Shown here piece after piece: positions 52,363-64,000 of a DNA stretch of 64,000 nucleotides. Source of the stretch: Catajapyx aquilonaris (taxonomy: Eukaryota). A program made the translations under genes and the position numbers. The stretch spans positions 1 to 64,000 of the forward strand of contig KZ538408.1 of the NCBI GenBank assembly GCA_000934665.2. Reading direction: 5' to 3'. Positions within the stretch are counted from its first letter, which is position 1. Each line of letters opens with the position of its first letter. A model generated the notes under the pieces. It was not told the origin of the DNA. It made no database searches and saw only the letters and a list, made by a program, of their open reading frames with translations.

Positions 52363-54253
52363 TTATTGTTACATTAGTTTATACACACATTCAGAAAAAA
52401 AATGCTTTAGTGCCAAGAAAGGATGTCTTGTTTGAGAGCCACAAATGTCAAGGAATTTGCCATTCCTGCAAAATGGATAATCAGGAGTCCAGCATACGTA
52501 TTTGTAACACAACAGTGGTTCCTTGCACCATTTAATGATCCATAATCTTTTATGCTCATGTTCAGCTGTGTCGTAACAATTGCAGCTTTTGCGCATTACA
52601 TCAGACAAAGAGAATAGTAAATCTGAAGTAGGCCATTTTTGCGTGGGTTCATATATTTTTGGTACAAAAGCTGCATAGTAAACTATGCAAGTATAAGGTA
52701 GAATTTCAAAATGGGTGGGGGAGATAGAGTGGTCATAACTGGATGAATTTGTAATTTATTTGGTTTTAAATGGCCACAGAAGACAACTGGGAAAATGTAG
52801 GAATTTTGTTCCTTTACACCAATGGGTTAAGAAAAGAAAAAAAATCATTTACAGCAGCTTGTGCAAGGGAAACGTTTGATTTGAACCAAAAAGTAGTAGA
52901 AGGAACAGATGTTCAACATATCTTCACCTTCTTATTGTCTTGAAAGACAAGTGTATTAGGCTCAGTTATACTGGTTGGTCAGTAATTTGCACATAATGAG
53001 CAGGTAGGGTGATTTATTGACCTATTTCAAGCTCAAAATGCAGTGCTGCACTTTTGGCTTGAAGGTTTTATTATGGTGTGTAGTGGCAGTTAAGGTTTAA
53101 TGATGACATTATATGAAGGATAGGAAGTGCCCTGCTAGTTAGATGACCAGGTACCATTGGTGGCATCTGTGTCATATGACTAGTAGTATACCCCACTGGA
53201 ACTCCGTTTTTTTTCACAAAGGTGTCCCCCTTCGACCCCCGTGACCTTAGATCGGCATATCAGTAGTTAGGTGGGGCGCTTTTGGCCCATTCCTATAGTT
53301 ACTGTAACCACAAGGCGACACACAGCGAATCTGATGGCGGAACGTGGCGGACCAAGACTCCCATACCGCCAATTCAAATCTAGTAGGCATGGTCCGTTCG
53401 TTCCTTATTTGCACTGGGTCTGTTCGCATCCACGTTCTCATGATCTGTTCTGAATTAATAGTAATAATTTTCGTCGCAGTGAGGGGTGTTGCTCCATGTA
53501 CTCACGGAATAAGTGGCCAGGTGGGACTCTGGAGATCCACGCAATAAGGGGGCTAGTTTCCAGACCTTGTATATATGTACAAAAACACTCCTCGGGCATG
53601 CTCCTTTTCAGGAACCCAACAAAACTTATGATACAACACTTATAATGCCTCATAATTATCTAAAAAGGATTAATATTTTGGTTGAATAGCTCAATCAGTA
53701 ATCGCCCTAACCCCCTGTGTAGCTTTTCCAGCTCCCATTTTTCATAGTTACTGTTACAGACCTTTGTAAGGGCTGGACCTCCTTGGTCGCAACACGCTAC
53801 ACAAAAATAACTACTTCAGACGATAGTAGTGATAACTAAAAATGACCCACTATCTTGGAACACCCTGTATATTACACGCTGTTCACATAGGTACTATTGA
53901 TGCAGTATTATTATGGACATTTTGACCTGCTTTTCTTATGAGGAAATGTCTAATAATATTGTGCCGAAAGTATATTGGTGGAGATAAGGTGAAGAAAATA
54001 TTATTGGTATGTAACAAATAGTAGTTTTGTACCATATTACCCTGAAAATAGGAGCATGCTGCTAAAAATGGAGGTGACCAGATTTTAGAAATGCACCTCT
54101 GGCTATTCAGACAATGAAGACGCGGGATTTTGTGTACATTTTACACATGAAAAGTACATCATGTGGAAACTAGAATTCCTTCGAATAAGGAAGAAAATTG
54201 GAAGAATTTCCCCCATCAGTCGGTGGCTATTCTTGAGAGCTGTGCTCCTCTAA

Positions 54254-54423
54254 AGGCCCATACACACAGGCGGTCGACGGTTTTAGTATTTGGTCGCGTT
54301 GACGCTGCGGACCAATCAACAAGCGCAACACAAGTGTTGAGCTTGTTTACATGAGGCATGATTGGTCCACGGCGTCAACGCAACCAAAGAACAAAACCAT
54401 CGACGGCCTGTGTGTATGGGCCT
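54254..54423. mobile_element. PIF/Harbinger-like MITE
   Basis: TAA|AGGCCCATACACACAGG...CCTGTGTGTATGGGCCT|TAA. Confidence 0.85.
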
Positions 54424-55531
54424 TAAATCACTTGACAACTGTTCCACCAAAATATGAGGTTCCTCCCATGCCCAGAGCAATTATTAATGAACAAGTTCAC
54501 ACTCCACTTCTAACCTGAGATTAGTTTTGCCCTCCACATGAGACATTTGTAAACATTCAGTAATTGTTAAAATTAAAATATCTAATAATTATCAACGGAA
54601 TCAGATACAATTGAAGACGGTAGATACTGTATATTGACAGCTTGGAAGAAGTTATGGATTGTTTAGTCCAGCAGATAGATTTTTCCTTGTCTGTATGTTG
54701 TCGTAATATTGGTGCGGTTGAACAATCAGAGTTTTGGAAAAAAGTAATAGTCAGTATTAAAGTTAGTACTGTATATTTTTTATGGAAATTCTTTATTCCT
54801 TACTGGCCCAGTATATAATGAAAATTTGTGGATTTGGCTGCACAGATGCAATCAGTGCATGCCCTTTTTAAAGTCTTTCAAAGTACTCTTTCTGAACTTA
54901 GTGTAAAATTACACCTTCTACTTCTTTTGTCTACCTTTTTGGATTCTCATGTTCAGCTTTGAATTTCCCACGGGCAATTTTCTTCTTTTTCCACCTCCCG
55001 TCCTTTTGCGGGATCTAAGATTCCGGCTGTGTTCTCTGAACCATGTCCAGTGACCCAACCAAGGTTACTTGTTCCTTTTAGGATTATAGCTCTTCATCCT
55101 TCATCATTTTCTGCCTTGTTGCAGTTGTCAGTATTCCAATCCGCACCAAACAGAAATGAAGGATGTCTTAATTTGAATATGCCATGTTATTTGCATTTGG
55201 CATATCTTTAGAAGCCATTATTGTTTGTGTTATTAAGAGGGACTTTTTAATACTGTTTATTCAATGTCTATTGACTACTGTACTATTAATTTGATTTACA
55301 CAGTAGGACAGTTTTAATTGGTCAATATATTGTTTATGGTCTGACAAGCTCAATTTGCATAATGAACTAAACATCTTCATCCTGTCAGCTAAGAATACAG
55401 CTACAATGATTCTCGAAATACACATGATCGTGCCCTGCCAAAGTACCCAGCTCCGATTGTTTACCCCCAGCAACTGTGGTAATTAAAGCTCATGTTGTCC
55501 TCATGAAATGATTTGCTCTTGTTTGCTTCAG

Positions 55532-55703
55532 GACACCCTGTCTTCCACCAGCAGCACTTCCATGCACTTGAACAATGCTCCAAACGTCAAGCGAGGAGTG
55601 GAACTGCTCCCAACGCCATATGTCAGCGTCCCATGCCAGCAAGATCATACGCCCCCCATCCCTCAAGCGGGGTCGAGGCGATGATGTGCCCATCAGCGAA
55701 AAA
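55532..55703 (+). other. Possible exon of an unidentified plus-strand gene (candidate first exon ~47280-47373)
   Basis: Polypyrimidine acceptor TTGTTTGCTTCAG|G; GC-rich exon-like block with MLQTSSEEWNCSQRHMSASHASKIIRPPSLKRGRGDDVPISEK|gtaggg; upstream donor CCG|GTACGT at 47373. No recognisable homology. Confidence 0.3.
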
Positions 55704-58700
55704 GTAGGGTCAATTACTCATCTCCTATTGACCAAACCCTCCTTTTATACATTAGTGGGAAGGAGCCAGGTGGTAATTTGCCATCAAATATACTTGTTTA
55801 AAAATGCTGGGTTTTGTAGTTTGCACGAGGGGGATGCGACATGGTGTTTCCGGTATATTGATTCACAGGTGAGAAATGGCACCTGCTTGCGGTGTAGCAA
55901 GCCGGCTGCATTAGGATTAATAAGCAGTAAATTAGTTCATTTTCCCATCAAATTAAATGGGAATGTTGAGTATTATCGAGCAGATGGATTTCAGCAGAAA
56001 TTCTGGTCTGAAAAACAGACTTGGCTGGTTTTGTGCACGGGTTTAGGGTCAGATGGACCATGTCGATGTACAGGTTCTGCTTGTCATCGGCTTCGTGAGC
56101 TCCCATTGACTAAGTTTTATCGGGTCTTCCTCTTCCGTCCCTGGCGGGACTCGTATCCCTTTACCTGGGAACGTGATGGCGCGTAACATCCGAGCAGAAG
56201 GCAGTTGTATAATCGTGGGTAACTTTAGGACGTGCATCATCCCCACCAGCTTGTTTTTGTGGATGCCTGATACAACAGGGATAAATCATTCTAACACCCT
56301 TGACACACATGCTGTGTATGTTCCAGCACATTTTGGGGGTACAATGCGGGCCTTTTAAATTTTTTATAAAAAAAAATAGCCGCACCCTTTATGTTGGCGA
56401 CTAGTGTCAGGACATGTGTTCGATTCGACGTTAGTCACACCCCGTTTAACCTGCACAGAACTGGTATGATTGCTGACCTCGTTTTATTAATGCAAGCGTA
56501 GGGTATGATCACAGCCGTGTAAGGATGATTAATGAGCTGCCCACCGTTAGAATGAGAGGGAAAAAAAACGCGAATATTATTTGTAGGTGGTAGAAAGTTT
56601 GGATACGGAGGATTCAAAATGGTGGTAATATTTGAAAATGAGCGGGTGGTTTATTGGGCGGAAAGTGCGGCCCGAAGACAGCCGGGGATGGTGAAGGGCA
56701 GCCGAAAAAGAAACGTGCTCCGATAATCATAGGAGTGAGAGTTTTCATCCAGGACTTCAGTTCATTGCCTTTGTAGCCGTGGGAAAAGGAGAGCTTGCCG
56801 CGACTTCCACAAGCACCGGCATCCTATCTATTGGGGACACTGCTTCCAAGCGGTTGTAAACATGCTTGAGTTCCGACTATTTCATTTTTGCATGGTTGCT
56901 CTTAATTAGTGCGAATTCTGACGGGGTCTTGAAGAATTGAGAGATGTGATGTAACGTATCGGTTTATTGATTCGCTTAGAATCGATGGAAGTTTGTGGTA
57001 TAGCCTTCTGCGGAATTGCGTTGTCAGTGTACTTTAAAAAAAAAGAAAAAAAGGAGGGATGCGGTAGATTGATGGTCGGAGGTTCTGCTGACGTGAACGT
57101 GTTAAGAGTTCCATTAGAAGCACATGGGTGACGCTGCGATCAGCTTTAAGGTAGGCGGGTGTTAAAGGTTTTATGGCAACCCTGGGCACCATACTCGGTG
57201 TAGTTGCTGACAGATAACTGCAGCACGATCCAAATCAACCAGTGGCAATGCCTGTTATTGCTTGATTTTGATCACGTGACCAGCAGCACCTGTCAAGTAG
57301 AGTATCTTGACCTAGAGCATTGCTCTTGCCAGCATAATTATTCGGCCCGTGCAATATGCATAAAAAAACCACAACAGCAACAACAAAAAAACAGCCTTAT
57401 GTGCAGCCTTGCATCCAGCTCCACACACGCAACGTAATGGACCAATTGGCCCCCAAACCTACTTAACAGGTGCCAAAGACTGGTTATATGCGAGTCAGAG
57501 AGAGTGATCTCCCGACAAGTCGATGCGAAAAGAAGCAAACAGAAACTAATTGTTGATTTCCCTTATTCGGTGTGTCCGGGGGTCATGTCTAGGCAAATAT
57601 TCAGGGAGGATATATTCTCACCTGCGTAACCCCCTCCCCCCCCCCCCTCCAAGCCCCATCCCACTCCCTATACCTGGGGGGGGGGGGGGGNNNNNNNNNN
57701 NNNNNNNNNNNNNNNNNNNNNNNNNNNNNNNNNNNNNNNNNNNNNNNNNNNNNNNNNNNNNNNNNNNNNNNNNNNNNNNNNNNNNNNNNNNNNNNNNNNN
57801 NNNNNNNNNNNNNNNNNNNNNNNNNNNNNNNNNNNNNNNNNNNNNNNNNNNNNNNNNNNNNNNNNNNNNNNNNNNNNNNNNNNNNNNNNNNNNNNNNNNN
57901 NNNNNNNNNNNNNNNNNNNNNNNNNNNGGGGGGGGGGGGCAAAATGTTTAATCTGGCGCGCGACCTTGTGCTAGAAATAATGTGTTAAGGAGTGCGATTG
58001 TCGTATCGTAATTGGGGGCGAGTTGTGGACCGTTATTGGTGTCATGCCGACGGCTTTAAATATTTGCGGGGATAACAATGCAGGCATGAATTATTGCACA
58101 ATGTTGCGAGTAATTTAGTGATAAAGCGAACCGATATTGCTGCCGTACATCATATTGCGGTGGGTCCCCCTGCCCCGGCAAAAAAAAATTGAAAATTGTA
58201 GAGCTTCTTTAACGGTTGGGGGGCACCCTGTATAGGCCGTTGCGTGAAACTAGACAAATTGCAATTCGCGATGGTTTCAACCCCCCCGTGCTGTAAATTC
58301 GGAAAGTACTGAAGACTACGGATACTGCACGCATTAAATCGGAATTACGTGGAATAACGATTGTGGAAAACCGTTTGGGCAGAGGGGAGGAGGGGGGGGG
58401 AAAAAACAGTGAACGACGGGCCAGTTGATTTTCTTTGGACAAAGCCAGGTGTGTACTACAGGTAACGGTCGCACTCCAGGGAGGTAATCCATGTGGGGAC
58501 GGTCATACGTGAAATATTCACTCGGGAAAAAAATTTCCATTCGTCCACCGCAGACATTGAAAGGTGCACCCTGCTTCAGGGAGATGGGTTTTGTAAATCT
58601 AATACAGAAGCGGAATCACCATAAAAAGAATGACAGAGAGAAGCGCAATGCTGAATTTTGTATGGCTACCAGACGTCATAATGCGGCCTTAAAAAGTAAA

Positions 58701-61700
58701 AACTGGGGAGCTGCCGCAGGCCTCGAGACAATTTTTGCACCAAAAAAAAAAAAAAGTTTTCGTTTGAAGTTTGTTTTATGTGAACTTTGATGGCGGACAG
58801 GATCATCTTAACTGCACGTACGGAATGTTTCAAGTCGGATCCTCATGGGAATGTAATTAAACAGAAAGTATCGTGGGTTTTAGCTTCGGGCCGATTTATA
58901 GTACTTGGATGGAGAGTGATCAGGTTTCACCTATACAGATTTTATTATTAACATCAATTAGCGAACACATCGGCGTCTGGTATGACAATGTCGACGTGTG
59001 TAGCCGTTTACTGAGAAGCAATGGGAGGACGAACTGCAAGTGACATGTTGCAAGAGGAGCTGAAGAAGAAGCCGGTTCATCGTCAGGTGAGAGAGAGAAA
59101 AAAATAGTCGGTGGCAAAAAGACAGTTTCTCAAGCGTGGAAAAGGCCGTTTTGCTTCCTCACTGTGTTTCTGGGTGGGTTTTTGCACGGGGGTATATATT
59201 TGGACCCCGGTGGGGTCTTGCATGGCCGACTGCGAAACCGCGCCTAATTATGAGCCTAATGAGTGAGGAGAAATGCGAGGCAGTTAAGTCATAATTAGTC
59301 AAAAAGGGGGGGGGGGGTAGAAGGTTTCATTCTCATTCATGGAGGATTTTGATAGCGATTATGAAGGGGCGCTGGTTCGTAGGGGCTGGGCAAATCCCCA
59401 GGATGTGCATTATTTATCTTTGGGTGGCGTGTAATTAGGGTTGGGGAAGGGCTCGGGTGTTGCAGAAATGGAATACCCGTACGATAAAACACACAGGAAC
59501 TCTTAAAATGAAATGGCATAATCAGATACATAAGCGGAAAAATTATCACCAAAAATATTTTTTCAGTTTCTTCTATTTTTTAAACAGAGAAAAGCTTCAT
59601 ATAATGATGGTGTTTACTCGTCTCAATTTTAGTGTATCGCTGCATTTTGTAGATTGTATCGAAAGTATCATGTGATTGACAGTGTGCGTCACAAACATTT
59701 GAATCACCTCTGACACATGGTATCGGTAATGAATGCTTAGGGGAATTTATGGGATTGCAGGGTTCAATTTTACAAGATGGACTGTGTCAGCAAACAACGC
59801 AATATTGCTTGTTGTAATGACAGTGCTCGGCGAGTTCAGTAGCCTTAGGTGTATACCACCACCTGTCAGCCATGGGAAAACCTCATATTACGGCACGAGA
59901 CAACACATAGATTACAAGCAACAGCAGTAACATGGAATCTGAAAGTTGCATGAAAGTTTACTAATATTTAAAAAGTCCTTCACCAACACCGGGGCACGTA
60001 TAAATCCCAGAAGCTTTGTTCTAAAACTTGAAGTAGTTTTAGCCTCCAGGTAATATTTTTTTGGTGCTGTGTTTCTGCACCAGATATAGAGTTCTTGCAT
60101 TTTTTAAATCGAGCACCATGCGGTTTGGACATTTCGTCTAGGTTGAGGTTCATACAGGATTTATAAGGACAAAGGGAGGGGGGAAAAAACCCTCTCGAAA
60201 TGTAAAAGTAGAAATGGTACAGTGCAGCAGAGAGCGCGACCTTTTTCGCCCACGTGCCATTTACAGGGGGGCCTCACATGGCCTCATACATTGTGCACAC
60301 AATTTGTGCGCGTCAAAAGAAACATGTTTGTGCGAATGGCTTCATCTTGTTTGTATCTACAAGGCTTACAGGGCACGCCTGATTCCTAATCCTTTAGGTC
60401 GCCTCGATTCCGTGCCGATAACTTTCTCCGAAAGAACGCTATCTGTAGGAGATAAAAAGGATGTGTCATTAATAAATTGTAAGAACTGCGAAGTGTGGCG
60501 TGTGTATCATACCTGGCCTGTTCTTACCTTTATCTTTCATGGGCAGAGGTGAAACCAATGTCTGGCTGAACTCATTGGGTGTAATTATGTTAACCTATAT
60601 GGGAAGTGAGGGAAGGCTGGCAATTGGCTGGCGATCAGGCTGCAGTCATAATTATTGCAAGGCCGGAGGTTTGATGGTGACGTCACCTGTGTGCATGTTA
60701 TTAATAATCGCCTTTGATCATGAGAGCTCTTTGGGGGCCTGTTTCGGAGCATATGGCGCGCAATGAGGGGACACGTGGCTAGATGTACAGCATGCTGTCG
60801 CTTCACTTAACTAAAGACCAGGGGGACCATGCTAATAATAGAGGAGTGATTTAATGATGGTGGGTTGCGACTAGTTTTTTTTTGTTAGGTTTAGAAAATG
60901 GTTGCAGATATTGGCATAGGGTGATTTGAATGGGCGATGGGGTGAACTTGAACAGTGTATACGATCCGTCATGCGAACTTCAATTTCGATCCCAGCTTGA
61001 CGTATAGGGATGGCCACTAAGGAAGTAATTAGGGTTGGTCGTATGTTTTTTTCTCAATCTTTTACACATAATAAGAGCAAGCACCCTGCGTTTTAATGAG
61101 CAATATTCAAGTTAGTAGATATGTAATTTGCTTCGAACACTGCAGGTTTAACATTTAATTATGCATTGTATGAAAGTTGGTATACTTGTAATTAGTTTTA
61201 GACACCGAAGGCTTTGGTTGTTTTATAAAGTTTTTAATAAACATCCGCGATACTATGATTAGCGGTACCGTTCTCCAGACATCGATTTTTCTACCTCCCT
61301 TCCAGGTATATGGATACAGCATGAAATTAGTGCATACTGTACACCCAAAGGGCACAGAAATGCGTTGTCTTTGTAGGTCGGCTGTCTTAATATGTAACAG
61401 ACCTTACAGGATTGCGTTCTTACGTCAATTATACTGTTGCCTTACGGCAGGAACATTATCCGGGGAAACAATGAGGCGAAGAAAATAAAGGCTGGAGCGA
61501 TGATGGACAGTTGTAATGAAATCCCGGTTTCTTATGCAAAAGAGGAGCAAGATAACCTACAAGTACAGATCCCACAGCACAGGGGGGGTTGGAATGGAAG
61601 GGCAACATATATAGAGGCAAGTACGACGTGCGAGTTCGTGTGAACTGCGAACACTTTTTCTGGCGCGCTTCCTCCTGTGCTGGTGTCTTCCGGCCTTTGA

Positions 61701-64000
61701 AGACGGTGCGGAAAAGAAAGAAAAATAAGGAGCCGAAAGAATGAAGGAGGCCAACAACCCCATTCCACTAGAAGCACAGAGACAATAAAAGCGAGATGGA
61801 GCGAAGAGATGGTTGGGGGGGTTAGTTGTTGGGGTGGCCCATCACCTGACATTCCGGGTCATCACCTACTCTACTGGAGCATTTCCAGCTTCATCAAGTG
61901 CTGACGATATGGTGTGGAGGTGATGGTCTTGAGGCCTTCCCAACCAGAGTCTGAGCAAAAATTGGAACACTCCAGGTTCACATGCTCTCTCCGTGGAGGC
62001 GAATATGGTGGTAGGAATTACGCGCAATTTGATGCCCCCCCCCCCCNCCCCCCTAGGGAATTTGCAGTAATTGTGATCTGAGTCTAAGTGAGCCATTGTT
62101 TGCGTTGGTGGAAGGGAATCTGTTCCCATAAGGGCTCGAAGCTGTGGCCGGATGATGCCAATTACTCCGATGCCATTTACCTGAGAAGCAAAAAAAAAGA
62201 AGAAGAAAAGGAGAGAATAAGGTGGGCATATAGGGAAAGTATTTTGGAGAAACGTGTCGATCACGTGTCCGCCAGGGATTGGTGGAATTAATTAGGCGTG
62301 CCAAGTAAGGGACAGGCAATTTTGTGCGGATTGACTGCCTAATTCCGAATGATTGCCACCAGCTACTGTTGGAGGAACTGATTGTAGGCTGTCGTAGAAA
62401 ATGGGCCTTGGAAGGAAAGGCATTGTAGGCCCAAGGCCGGTACTGCAGATGTAAGGTTTGTTGTGCCGACAGTATAAACCACGGTCTTATACGGGTCGGG
62501 AAACTCCCCATCTTATCAGCTGTATACCCATAGGTTGCCGCTTCGGCGCTGGTGTAGTGCGCAATTGTGTGGCGATCCTGGCGGACGATTCTGCCTTTAA
62601 TTTGTCTGCATAAGGCTGGGGTAGGAGTTGCATTGGGTTGGCAGAAACATCCGCAGAAAAGTTACTGGCTGTTCAATCACAAATAGAGCAGAAGTACTGT
62701 TTTATTCCGCACATAATTAACCCGAATTGTCCCCAAATTGGCATAGATTTTCGGCTGGCCAGAGTTAATGCTTTAATTTGCATGATCCGGCCCGATAATT
62801 CCTTTTTTTTGTACTAGTGTGACTGTGCACCATTACAGCAGCACACATGAGAGAAGACGTACAGTGTGGTCTGGAAACAAGCCATCCGCCTTTGAATGGG
62901 TTACGACATGGATGCGATAATGGAATTAAGTCTGCGGAGTAGACAGGTTGTATACGGGGGTTTCAGGCAGCATTCTCGTGACACTCTGTATTTATTCCGC
63001 CCACGCCTCTTTTGGTCCTCAGGTTCTTCTGGAGGAAGATGCCCCCCCCCCTGAGCCCCCCTCNCCCTTCCAAACCGGTCTTTGCCGATTTCTTAAGGCG
63101 CGGCTTCTTCCGTCTCGAATATTAATGAATCCGCCTAAGCAGCACGCGAAGTTTTGTCAACATTGAGCTTAATTTGGCGATACACGAACCTATCGGACCG
63201 GAATTAGGAGTAATTTAATGGGTGTAGCGTGTAATTTGGAATCCCAGTTTTTTTTCCACTCCGGATTGTATATAGGTTGCTGATACACTCTAGAATCGAT
63301 TTACACATGCGGTATGCTAATACACCGCAGGGCAAGTGGCACTTTCGAATATGAAGGTTAAAGCGGTCTGATATTATGGATATAAAAGTCGCAGGCACGT
63401 GCAAAATTGATGGAAAGTATCGGATACTAGTATTCTAATGAAGGACCAAGTTTTAGTTTTTGGTGAAACTACTTGCGGTGCATGCGATGTTGCGACCAGG
63501 AAACACACAAAAAAATTTGGCGGTTTTCAGAGGATTTCCCGCAAAATGTCAACTGTGAGGCCTTGAAAGTCTGGTTATTTTGCGATAATATAGGAAAGGT
63601 TCGTAATTTCAATGCCATATTTTTTGATAGTGGGACAAGCCACTTAATGTTATCCCTTGTGGTCCGTGCAAGGCAAAATGTGCGTAAGGAAGGTGACGTT
63701 CCGAGGAAAACGAGTGGTCAAGGTGAGGTGCCATGTCTTCCACGATTTATTTGCTCACGCTCCCTGTTGGTAGTTAGAAGTTACCGCCTTTTGAATGCAA
63801 ACGAGGTTGTGTCCCTGCATATCATAACTCGGGATGCGGGAAATTGTCATTTTTCCGCTTAGGAAATGAGATTTGACGACGGCTTTATCCCATGGGTGTC
63901 CAGTGGTGACATGGATATTTTTTTTTTGACTAATACGCCTGTCCCATCAGGTTAGTCTTAGCCACAAATATCGAGTCTAGTTAGCGTATCCTGGCTCCCA

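Overview
Eukaryotic, intron-containing, TE-rich DNA, most likely from an arthropod; no prokaryotic features or CRISPR arrays. Supported genes: a tRNA-Ser(CGA) (428-509, minus); a complete but strongly diverged 4-coding-exon RPS2/uS5 paralog (11829-15562, minus, ~251 aa); a head-to-head 3-exon SUMO1-like gene (16398-18731, plus, ~109 aa) that lacks the C-terminal di-glycine; and a complete 10-coding-exon DNAJC10/ERdj5 (34079-42811, minus, ~784 aa, ending HDEF). A further plus-strand gene may start near 47.3 kb (weak). The rest is a dense, often nested set of Tc1/mariner foldback elements, hAT, Harbinger, piggyBac-, Kolobok- and P-like MITEs, RTE-X-like LINE remnants and tRNA-derived SINEs, many with readable target-site duplications (TSDs). 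The best candidate for a new system is the divergently transcribed RPS2-paralog/non-conjugatable SUMO-like pair. Next is a reconstructable restriction-like-endonuclease retrotransposon 3' end abutting the tRNA gene. Exon boundaries and TSDs were read by eye, TE family names are inferred from termini and TSDs, and no database search was run.
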